From contig OY969763.1 of the NCBI GenBank assembly GCA_963702845.1, positions 2,400,001-2,464,000 of the forward strand: 64,000 bases of DNA. The letters are read 5' to 3'. The translations under genes and the position numbers were made by a program. Under the pieces are notes generated by a model that saw nothing but the letters and a program-made list of their open reading frames with translations, ran no database searches and was not told the DNA's origin. Origin of the DNA: an uncultured Verrucomicrobiae bacterium. GTDB taxonomy: Bacteria; Verrucomicrobiota; Verrucomicrobiia; Limisphaerales; Palsa-1400. Positions 55,786-64,000 of the stretch are shown here, piece by piece; positions within the stretch are counted from its first letter, which is position 1; the number at the start of each line of letters is the position of its first letter.

Positions 55786-56898
55786 ATGAACGTCAGAGTT
55801 AAAGGCCGCTCACAGCATTATCGCACCGTCACATTCGATGCAGACAAGAACGCGGTGATGCTGATCGAGCAACGTCTGCTGCCCCACCAATTCAAAATAA
55901 TCGGCACGCGTGATTTTCGTGAAACAGCCGCGGCCATCAAAGACATGATCGTGCGTGGGGCCGGCGCGATTGGCGCAGCCGCCGCCTACGGTTTGGCCCA
56001 AGGTGCACGGGCGTTTCGTGGAACTGATTTACGGAAGTTTTCGAAACACGTTGAGACGGTTTATGAAACTTTGAAGGCGGCTCGGCCTACTGCCGTCGAC
56101 CCGGTCAACGCGATGAACGACGTTCGGCGCTCGATGAGCAAAGGTGAGACTGTCGAAGAACAACAGGCGCTTGCCTTGGCGGCGGCTGAAGAGTTCGCCA
56201 ATGAAGATGTTGCTCATTGCCGCGCGATTGGCGACCACGGCGCGAAACTGATCCGCAACGGCATGCGTGTCCTGACCCATTGCAATGCCGGGTGGCTCGC
56301 GTTTGTCGATATCGGAAGCGCAACCGCGCCGATCTACGCGGCGCACGGGGCCGGCAAAAAATTTCACGTATTCTGCGACGAAACACGTCCTCGCTGCCAG
56401 GGCGCGACACTGACGGCCTGGGAACTTGCACAGGAAGGTGTGTCGCACCAGGTCATCGCCGACAACGCCGCCGGTCATTTGATGCAGCGTGGCGAAATTG
56501 ATCTGGTCATTGTCGGCAGCGATCGCACGCTCGGTCGAACTGGCGAAGTTGCAAACAAAATTGGTACTTATACAAAAGCGGTTTTGGCGCACCGCCACAA
56601 AATTCCGTTCTATGTCGCGATTCCGCTTTCGACCATTGATTGGAATCTAAGAAAGGGCCGGGATATTCCGATTGAAGAACGCAACGAGAGCGAAGTGCTC
56701 GGCGCATGGGGAATAAATCCGAAATCCGAAATCAGGAATCCGAAATCTCAATATGTTCGCATTGCCAATCCAACCAGTGGCGCGCGCAACCCTGGATTCG
56801 ACGTCACTCCTGCTGAGTTAATCACGGGAATCATCACACCCGTTGGAATTTTTAAGCCACAGGATCTATGGAAGAACCGCAGCCGGTTAGGCGGTTAA
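55786..56898 (+). CDS. mtnA: S-methyl-5-thioribose-1-phosphate isomerase
   Basis: MIVRGAGAIG; RPTAV; LTHCNAG; DETRP.CQGA; ANKIGTY; IPIEER; NPGFDVTP. Confidence 0.94.
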   Translation: MNVRVKGRSQHYRTVTFDADKNAVMLIEQRLLPHQFKIIGTRDFRETAAAIKDMIVRGAGAIGAAAAYGLAQGARAFRGTDLRKFSKHVETVYETLKAARPTAVDPVNAMNDVRRSMSKGETVEEQQALALAAAEEFANEDVAHCRAIGDHGAKLIRNGMRVLTHCNAGWLAFVDIGSATAPIYAAHGAGKKFHVFCDETRPRCQGATLTAWELAQEGVSHQVIADNAAGHLMQRGEIDLVIVGSDRTLGRTGEVANKIGTYTKAVLAHRHKIPFYVAIPLSTIDWNLRKGRDIPIEERNESEVLGAWGINPKSEIRNPKSQYVRIANPTSGARNPGFDVTPAELITGIITPVGIFKPQDLWKNRSRLGG

Positions 56899-56954
56899 TA
56901 AAAGTGACGCTTGAACTTTGGCGCGCGAGCCATAAACTTTAGACGTCTTCAGGC

Positions 56955-57029
56955 GGCGGAGTAGCCAAGTGGTAAGGCACGGCTCTGCAAAAGCTGTATG
57001 CGTCGGTTCAATTCCGACCTCCGCCTCCA
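56955..57029 (+). tRNA. tRNA-Cys (GCA)
   Basis: Acceptor GGCGGAG/CTCCGCC; D-arm AGCCAAGTGGTAAGGC; anticodon loop CTGCAAA; T-loop GTTCAATTC; U73 and encoded CCA. Confidence 0.96.
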
Positions 57030-57273
57030 GTTTGTGAATATTCTTCAGAGGGCTTGGTGGGTTTCGGTGGGAAAAGATCAGAGATTTTCTTCTCATCTTC
57101 CGGCGGCTTCATGGACATTTCGCGTTAGAGAGCGCTGGGAATTGTAAAAGCGTTAAATTAATTTTGCGATTTCATGTGGAAAATCCAATTGTTTAACGCC
57201 CTGACAAGGCAACGGCTTAAAACCAAAATCAACGGATTTTGCCGACGGCAAATTGGAAATTTGCATTGATTGG

Positions 57274-57308
57274 TTGACAATAAGCGAATTTTGCGCAAAC
57301 GTTTGCGT
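57274..57308 (+). promoter_or_regulatory. promoter with LacI-family operator 1 (upstream of GH25)
   Basis: TTGACA at 57274, then 14 bp, then perfect palindrome CGCAAACGTTTGCG (57294-57307). Confidence 0.82.
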
Positions 57309-57376
57309 TGCACCCCAAACAACACGGCAAAACCCAGCAAACTAACCATTAACCACTAAACAAAAAGAAAGAAGTT

Positions 57377-58144
57377 ATGATGCATCCACGAAAATCAATT
57401 AGCGCGTCTCTCGCGTTTATCACTGCGGGAATTGCCCTGGCCCTCTCGACACCCGAAGCCCAAGCACGTCCGTTAGGCATTGACGTCTCCAGTTTCCAAG
57501 GAAATGTCAATTGGACCGCTGCCTACAATAATAGCAATATCCGGATCGGGTTTGCCAAAGCGACTGAAGGCACGTTCTACCAGGACGCCTATTATCACAA
57601 CAACATGTCGAACGGAAAACTGGCGGGTTGCTTAATGGGCGCCTATCACTTTGCTCGTCCGGCATCCAACAGTGGCACCAGCGAGGCGAATTATTTTTAC
57701 AGCTTCGCGAACGCAAACTTCAATATTGGCGGACAAACAATTGGACCTGTTCTCGATATGGAGGTGTGGACTGGGCATGTGAATGCTTCCAGCTACACGG
57801 ATTGGGCGAACCAGTGGGGCAGTCAAATGATCACGAAAATGCATAACAACGGCCAGACGTGTAACTGGATTATCTACGTCAGCGCCTGCAGCGCATGCAA
57901 TTTCAACAGTAACATCACTGGGAGCCCCTGGATCGCCAATTACAATGGCCAGGATTCTCAGACGGGCACACCCTGGAGTTCGTGCGGTGGCTGCAATGTT
58001 TTTGCCGGCGTAGGTTGGCGTTTCTGGCAGTTCACGTCGACCGGCAGCGTTTCCGGCGTCAGCGGCAGTGTCGACAAAGACGTTTACAACGGCTTGCTTT
58101 CAGACCTGATGAGCAGCGATCTCATCATGCACCAATATCCGTAA
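57377..58144 (+). CDS. secreted GH25 lysozyme/muramidase
   Basis: Signal peptide; GIDVSSFQG; KATEG; GAYHFARP; LDME (DxE); WQFTSTG.V.G; VDKD. Confidence 0.92.
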   Translation: MMHPRKSISASLAFITAGIALALSTPEAQARPLGIDVSSFQGNVNWTAAYNNSNIRIGFAKATEGTFYQDAYYHNNMSNGKLAGCLMGAYHFARPASNSGTSEANYFYSFANANFNIGGQTIGPVLDMEVWTGHVNASSYTDWANQWGSQMITKMHNNGQTCNWIIYVSACSACNFNSNITGSPWIANYNGQDSQTGTPWSSCGGCNVFAGVGWRFWQFTSTGSVSGVSGSVDKDVYNGLLSDLMSSDLIMHQYP

Positions 58145-58176
58145 TCTGATCCTCGATTAGTCGGATTCCGTCGAAG

Positions 58177-58207
58177 GTTCACCACAAATTGTGGTGAACT
58201 TTTTTTT
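58177..58207 (+). terminator. intrinsic terminator
   Basis: GTTCACCACA-AAT-TGTGGTGAAC followed by T8. Confidence 0.88.
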
Positions 58208-58308
58208 GCAACCTTCTCCGGGTCGAGATAAGCACAACGAATTACTCGTCCTCAAGACCGCGATGTCGTAAAAACAACTAAGAATTCGAGCAACCACGAA
58301 TGATAACG

Positions 58309-58343
58309 TTGACAAATAGACGCATTTGCGCAATCGTTTGCGT
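58309..58343 (+). promoter_or_regulatory. promoter with LacI-family operator 2
   Basis: TTGACA at 58309, then 14 bp, then CGCAATCGTTTGCG (58329-58342, one mismatch). Confidence 0.8.
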
Positions 58344-58368
58344 TAACCATTACTTAAATGCTTCAAAC

Positions 58369-59169
58369 ATGTTGCCCATGTTTCACTTAGTCGAACGTAA
58401 AAATCGTCACGCAAAAGACCTGCATCGGTTCGGGTTCACATTAATCGAGCTTCTGGTGGTAATCGCAATTATAGCGATCCTTGCTTCCATGCTCCTGCCA
58501 GCGCTCGCGCGTTCCAAGGAGCAAGCTCACCGGGCAAATTGTAAATCGAACATGCGACAGATGGCGGTCGCGGTGATTATTTATGCGGATGACAATCGTT
58601 CTTACTTCCCCATAGCGTTGCGCGATCAGCCGTCAAGCGTCTATCACGCGTCGTGGTTGCCGACGAATTCGTTTAACTACATGCACAAAGCATCGAAGAT
58701 TTCGAGTAATGCGCTGGGATGTCCCAATAAGCTGGCAATGACTGGCTGGTATTGGGAGCAGGATTACGGAACGCGCATTGGCTTTTATTGTGGCTGGGGT
58801 TTGCCGACGGCGCTGAACACGAGTGATCGGAGCCTGACGAATTACGGCGTGAATCCGTGGCCATGGGATTCGCCGCAGAAAACCACGGACATCACGCGTT
58901 ATTCGATGTTACTCGCTGACATCATTGAGAAAGGAACAGATAATCTGAACGGTATCCAAAATGTGACCGATTGTCCGCACGCGCCCACGGGCTCCCGCAC
59001 GAGCGCTGCGGGGCAGCTGGTCGAACCATCAGCGCTCAATTCCGACGGCGGCAATTTCGGACGCGTCGATGGCGCGGTGGAATGGCGTCGGCAAGCGGTC
59101 ATGCATCCGCACGTCGTTCACTGGAGCGCCAAAGGCGTGGAAAATGTAGCTTACATGGGTTATTGGTAA
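58369..59169 (+). CDS. prepilin-type N-terminal cleavage/methylation protein
   Basis: [50 protein letters not shown]; start moved downstream of the promoter (58369 or 58378). Confidence 0.88.
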   Translation: MLPMFHLVERKNRHAKDLHRFGFTLIELLVVIAIIAILASMLLPALARSKEQAHRANCKSNMRQMAVAVIIYADDNRSYFPIALRDQPSSVYHASWLPTNSFNYMHKASKISSNALGCPNKLAMTGWYWEQDYGTRIGFYCGWGLPTALNTSDRSLTNYGVNPWPWDSPQKTTDITRYSMLLADIIEKGTDNLNGIQNVTDCPHAPTGSRTSAAGQLVEPSALNSDGGNFGRVDGAVEWRRQAVMHPHVVHWSAKGVENVAYMGYW

Positions 59170-59187
59170 GCCCATAATTTTTCTGAC

Positions 59188-61536
59188 ATGAATCGACCTT
59201 ATCGTTCGCGCTGTTGCCAATTATTAATCCCGTCTTTGGTTATCCTGACAGGCATCGCCACGCATGCATCAGGTTCGCCGATTTCTCTGCTCCCGGAAAA
59301 GGTCGCGCCAGTAATCGTCGACAAACAGGATGCGCAAATCCCCGATCGTGTGCATCTGACCGGGTGGGTCGGCACGCGGGTCGCCATTAATGAATCGAAC
59401 CGGCTCGCGAAACTCGACACGGATCGTTTGCTGGAAGGTTATCGACATCGACCCGGCCGGCAGACGTGGGACGGCGAACATGTCGGCAAATGGCTGCACG
59501 CCGCGACGCTCGCCTGGGCGAATACTGGTGATCCGGTTTTGCGCAAACGCCTCGATCTGGTTGCGAGTGAACTGACGAAGTGCCAGATGCCGGATGGTTA
59601 TCTCGGCACTTATGTGGAAACGAATCGTTGGAAGGAATGGGATGTTTGGGCACACAAATATAATTTGATCGGGCTGGTGACTTACATGCGTTATACCGGC
59701 AATCAGGAACCGATGCCGGCCTGCCGTCGCATGGCGGATTTGCTTTGCCAGACGTTTGGCGACGGCCCGGGACAGCGCGATATTATTCCCGCGGGCTTTC
59801 ACATGGGATTGGCTCCGACAAGCGTGCTGGAACCAATGGTATTGCTCTACCGTCTGACCGGCGAGGCGCGATATCTGGACTTTTGCAAATACATTCTGCG
59901 CGCATGGGAACAACCGAACGGCCCGAAAATTGTTTCAACGCTTCTGGCAGGAAAAAGCGTGGAAGAAGTTGGTGACGCGAAAGCTTACGAGATGCTGTCC
60001 TGCCTAAACGGCGCGCTGGAGTATCATCGAACAGTCGGTGATCCACAAATTCTCAAAGCCTGTTTGAATGCGTGGCAGGACATCGTCGATAACCGACTTT
60101 ACATCACGGGGACCTCGAGCTATCGCGAGCATTTTCACGCGGATTATGATTTCCCGAACATTAACAACGTCGGCGAAACATGCGTCACGGTGACCTGGCT
60201 GCAGTTTAATGCGCAGCTATTGAGACTCACTGGAGAAAAACGTTTCGCAGACCAACTCGAGCGTACGACGTTGAATCAATTAATGGGGGCACAAAGCTGC
60301 GACGGCGGCGCCTGGGGCTACTACGTGCAGATGGAAGGAAAGAAGCCATATAGCAGTAATCTTGATGGCCATTGCTGCCTTTCGAGTGGGCCACGCGGCG
60401 TGGCGTTGATTCCGACGTTTGCATTTACCACCGATAGGGACGGTGCCGTTGTGAATCTCTACGATTCCGGTAGCGCAAACCTTGTTCTGCGAAATGGCGA
60501 TTCGATGAGCTTGGACTTGCAAACGCAATTTCCGAGCAGCGAAGACGTTCAGATCTCCGTCACGGCAGCGCCGAAAGGATCACATGCAATTAAATTGCGC
60601 ATTCCGGATTGGTGCAACGATGCGACGATCATGATCAATGGCAAAAAAGCCTCAGGCAAGAAGAACGGTGACGGTTATGTCGCTCTTAACCGACGCTGGA
60701 CAAGCGGCGATAGAATTGATCTGCGTTTAATAATGGAACCGCGCATCATCGTTGGTGATCACAAGAACGAAGGAAAATTTGCGATCCAGTACGGTCCACT
60801 GGTGCTAGCGGCAGACGCTGATTCGTCCAACATCTCTTCAAACGCACTTGAGGAATTTCGTATTTCCGAATTGAATCCGAGGAAGTTGCGCATCGTTACC
60901 GAACCCGCAACAGGTAAATTTAAAACTTGGCCAAGCGCCCACTTATTTCGAGTTGTCAGCGACAATGGTGAATTGCCGATTAGCCTGGTGCCGTTTGCCG
61001 ACGCGGGTTCAACGGGTGCTGAATACGAAGTATGGTTGCCTTACGGAACGCCGCGTGCGGGGCGCAATCTCCTACTGACAGGTTTGGAAACGCGCTCGCG
61101 CCGTCAAAGCATGGGCGACTCAGTCATTGATAATAATTTTCAAACGTATGCAAGCACCGCGAGTGGCAAGGCGGCAGCGCAAGACTGGTTTACCGTCTTG
61201 CTGCAAAAACCCGTAACGATTTCCCGTGTAGTAGTTGCGCATGGTCGTAGTGAACACAACGGTGGTTGGTTTGATGCCAGCGCGGGCAAGCCCCGACTGC
61301 AAATCAAAGTTGTCGGTGAAGAGAAATGGAAAAACTTGTGTGACATCAAAAATTATCCCGACACAACCGCAACGAGTTCCGCGGGACTCAATGCCGGTGA
61401 GCAGTTCACTTGCAAGCTGGAAAAACCCGTTGAAATTGCCGGTATTCGTGTTATCGGTAAGCCAGCGTGTGGAGACGATCCAAAGCAGGCGTTTGCAACC
61501 TGCGCAGAATTGCAGGCTTACAATGATCTGCCGTAG
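59188..61536 (+). CDS. GH127/GH146-family cysteine glycosidase with C-terminal discoidin-like domain
   Basis: GEHVGKWL; KAYEMLS; YITG...EHF; ETC; HCC..SGPRG; LRIPDW; YGPLVL; LVPFADAG. Confidence 0.88.
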   Translation: MNRPYRSRCCQLLIPSLVILTGIATHASGSPISLLPEKVAPVIVDKQDAQIPDRVHLTGWVGTRVAINESNRLAKLDTDRLLEGYRHRPGRQTWDGEHVGKWLHAATLAWANTGDPVLRKRLDLVASELTKCQMPDGYLGTYVETNRWKEWDVWAHKYNLIGLVTYMRYTGNQEPMPACRRMADLLCQTFGDGPGQRDIIPAGFHMGLAPTSVLEPMVLLYRLTGEARYLDFCKYILRAWEQPNGPKIVSTLLAGKSVEEVGDAKAYEMLSCLNGALEYHRTVGDPQILKACLNAWQDIVDNRLYITGTSSYREHFHADYDFPNINNVGETCVTVTWLQFNAQLLRLTGEKRFADQLERTTLNQLMGAQSCDGGAWGYYVQMEGKKPYSSNLDGHCCLSSGPRGVALIPTFAFTTDRDGAVVNLYDSGSANLVLRNGDSMSLDLQTQFPSSEDVQISVTAAPKGSHAIKLRIPDWCNDATIMINGKKASGKKNGDGYVALNRRWTSGDRIDLRLIMEPRIIVGDHKNEGKFAIQYGPLVLAADADSSNISSNALEEFRISELNPRKLRIVTEPATGKFKTWPSAHLFRVVSDNGELPISLVPFADAGSTGAEYEVWLPYGTPRAGRNLLLTGLETRSRRQSMGDSVIDNNFQTYASTASGKAAAQDWFTVLLQKPVTISRVVVAHGRSEHNGGWFDASAGKPRLQIKVVGEEKWKNLCDIKNYPDTTATSSAGLNAGEQFTCKLEKPVEIAGIRVIGKPACGDDPKQAFATCAELQAYNDLP

Positions 61537-61545
61537 GCTTTTAGA

Positions 61546-61591
61546 TTGACTCGGAACTTGGCAGGAATCAGGATAGCGCAAACGTTTGCGT
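61546..61591 (+). promoter_or_regulatory. promoter with LacI-family operator 3 (autoregulatory)
   Basis: TTGACT-N17-CAGGAT, then CGCAAACGTTTGCG (61577-61590), just upstream of the LacI gene. Confidence 0.85.
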
Positions 61592-61608
61592 AAGGCGAAA
61601 ACTGAAGC

Positions 61609-62683
61609 GTGGCAACTGATAAACATAAAACTCCAGAGCCGCAACCGGCGCGCGCGTTGGGCAGTCCCCTGCCCACTTTGCAACGCATCGCCGATGAATC
61701 TGGTGTTTCCGTTTCGACTATCTCTCGCGTATTAAGCGGTCAAGCGGGCCGTTATCGCATCAGCAAACAAACTGAGGCAACGGTTCGCGCCTTAGCCAAG
61801 CAGATCAATTTTGTTCCTAATCAACTCGCACGCGGCTTACGCTTGAGAAAGACGCTGACGGTCGGTCTCGTCATTCCTGATATTTCCAACCCGTTCTTCG
61901 CGGGCATTGCGCAACAAGTGACCCTCGGTACAGAGAAGCCACGGTTATTCCGTAATTTTGTGCGACAGCCAGGGCAGCGTTGAACTGGAAACCAACGCTC
62001 TAGCGCTCCTGCAGAGTCGCAATGTTGAAGGCGTAGTCCTCTGCCCCGTTGGCCAGTCTCCAAAACATCTGATGGATTTAGTCGAAAGCGGATTGCCTAT
62101 GGTTTTGGTCGACCGTTTTTTCCCAGACACATCCATTCCTTACGTCAGTTCCGATAACGTCAACGGGGCAAAACAAGCCACGGAATATTTAATCGCAAAC
62201 GGTCATCGGCGGATAATCTGCCTACAAGGTTTGCACGGCACCTCGCCGAATGAATTTCGTTTACGCGGTTATAAAGAAGCGCTTGCCGCTCATCACATCC
62301 CGGTAGACCGGTCATTGATCGTTGGTGACAGTTTCACTGAGCAAAGTGGCTACATCGAAACAAAACTGTTGCTGCGCACACAGCCAGATGCCAGAGCGAT
62401 TCTGGCCTTTAGTAACGTCAACGCGCTCGGCGCAATCCGAGCGCTGGTCGAAGATCGGAGGAAAATCCCGGACGACATGTCGATTATCTCTTTCGACGAT
62501 CCGGCCTACGCACCGTTCTTATCGCCGCCAATGACGACTATCGCGCAATCCTATTCTGAAATGGGCGCTGTCGCGGTGAAGCTGTTGTTCGACCAAATCC
62601 AATTTCCGCGAAGGCAAACCAAAGGCGGTATATTGCTGCCCACTACACTAGCCGTCCGGCAATCAGTAAGGAAAAAAGTGTGA
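61609..62683 (+). CDS. LacI family repressor (RbsR-like), one frameshift
   Basis: TLQRIADESGVSVSTISRVL; PNQLARGL; IPDISNPFF; sugar-binding domain continues after a shift near 61930. Confidence 0.9.
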
Positions 62684-63712
62684 ATCCGGTAAAACGTGCG
62701 CCTTCAATTCTTGTCGTTGGAAGCTCTTGCACCGACATGGTTATTCGTGTCGATCGTTTGCCGCGCGTGGGTGAAACAGTTTTAGGCGGTGAATTCGCCA
62801 GCACGCCCGGAGGAAAAGGTGCAAATCAGGCTGTCGGTGCCGCGCGAGCGGGTGGCGCAGTGACTTTCATCGGTTGCATCGGACGCGATGCCTTCGGAGA
62901 TAAGATGGTCAAATGTTTGAGTGATGACGGAATCAATATGGAGTTCACGGTGCGCATCCGAAGGCTCCATCCGGCGTTGCGTTAATTTTTGTCGGCCCTG
63001 AAGGCCAAAACTGCATCGCCGTGGCGTCTGGATCAAATGGCAAGTTAACTCCTGTTGATTTAACACAAGCTCGCGAAGCATTCACCAACGCCAGCGTTTT
63101 ACTGCTGCAGTTGGAAACGCCGCTCGTTACCGTGGAAGCCGCCGCTGAAATTGCCAGCGAAACCGGCACGCGAATATTGTTGAATCCTGCACCAGCGCAA
63201 AAATTGCCGGCTAGTTTGCTGCAGCGACTTATTTCTCATCACGCCGAACGAAACCGAAGCGGAGTTGCTCACCGGCGTTCCCGTCACAGATTCTTCGAGC
63301 GCGGTAAGGCGGCAGTCTATCCTCCTGTCGAAAGGCGTGCAGAACGTGATTATCACGATGGGCAGCGCCGGCGCTTACGTGGCGAGAAAGAACTCGGCCA
63401 GATGGTGCCGGGATTCAAAGTGAATGCAATTGATACGGTCGCTGCCGGTGATGTTTTCAATGGCGCCCTGGCCGTTGCTCTCGCCGAAGGAAAATCATGC
63501 TGGATGCCACACGTTTTGCGAACGCGGCTGCCGCCGTCGCGGTGACGCGACACGGCGCTCAAGCGTCGGCACCAACGTGCAAGGAAATCGATCAAATGCT
63601 CTTTAGCGGCAAATCGGATCGTATTGTTTTTGCGGACGGCATTTCCAGAAATGGTCACGCCGAAAAGCCCGCTCTGCAATCAACCCTGTCGTCCGAAACT
63701 TACGCTAAATGA
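62680..63712 (+). CDS. rbsK: ribokinase (several frameshifts)
   Basis: VVGSSCTD; PGGKGANQAV; LLQLETP; LNPAPA; DTVAAGDVFNGALA; ANAAAAVAVTRHGAQAS across shifted frames. Confidence 0.87.
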
Positions 63713-64000
63713 AACCCCGTTTCTGTTACGCACTCCTTATCTGCGCGTGCGTCATACTGACCGCTTGCAACAAATGTGAAAACCAATCGGCTGACGAGTC
63801 CAACTCCAGAAAAGCCGAAAGTCGCCCTCGTGATGAAATCACTCGCCAACGAGTTTTTCAGCACGATGGCTCAAGGCGCTGAGAAACATCAGCAGGCCAA
63901 TGCCACGTCATACGACCTTCTCGCCAACGGAATCAAAAACGAAACCGACCTCGCGCAACAGGTCAGTCTCGTGGAGCAGATGATCGCGCGCCAGGTGAAC
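63709..64000 (+). CDS. sugar ABC substrate-binding lipoprotein (RbsB-like), partial
   Basis: Lipobox LTAC; after a shift, KVALVMKSLANEFF..M..GA..NGIKNETD..QQV.LVEQMIA; runs off the window. Confidence 0.8.

Noticed and set aside
58300..58368. Longer start for the prepilin gene
   Set aside because: It would span the TTGACA box and operator
62680..63712. Ribokinase pseudogene or programmed frameshifting
   Set aside because: All motifs are retained, and indels are scattered across the window without consistent slippery sites, so sequencing error is more likely
56955..64000. Genomic island or prophage integrated at tRNA-Cys, with GH25 as an endolysin
   Set aside because: No integrase, tRNA 3' duplication, holin or phage gene in view; GH25 has a Sec signal and a host-type LacI operator

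Overview
Gene-dense bacterial chromosome fragment with a strong PVC signature, most likely Verrucomicrobiota of the Pedosphaera/Limisphaerales type. The markers are a DUF1549/DUF1553-DUF1501 pair, PVC-type membrane dehydrogenases, prepilin/H-X9-DG proteins, a TIGR02597-like domain and a sulfatase. About 45 genes and one tRNA-Cys are present. No CRISPR array, transposase or integrase is visible. Roughly twenty single-base indels split otherwise intact genes, which looks like long-read assembly error, so split ORFs are rejoined here. Main blocks: peptide uptake and processing genes, a secreted astacin/beta-helix protease, an ars operon, GH20 plus a ~2000 aa NHL/Ig surface protein, a sugar redox cluster (DUF1080/ThuA/TIM barrels/dehydrogenases), glnD, an HtrA protease and mtnA. 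Two modules stand out, each tied together by repeated DNA motifs visible in the sequence. (1) 43.9-51.1 kb: an ECF sigma factor whose putative anti-sigma is fused to an M23 peptidase, clustered with two more M23 peptidases, an altered beta-lactamase-fold protein and a pilin-like gene; two identically spaced TGTAATAA-N15-CGACTAATCAA promoter-like motifs link them. (2) 57.3-64 kb: a LacI/RbsR-like regulon with three CGCAAACGTTTGCG operators, placing a secreted GH25 muramidase, a pilin-like protein and a GH127 enzyme under the same control as ribokinase and a ribose-type binding protein. All family assignments are by motif recognition, not database search.
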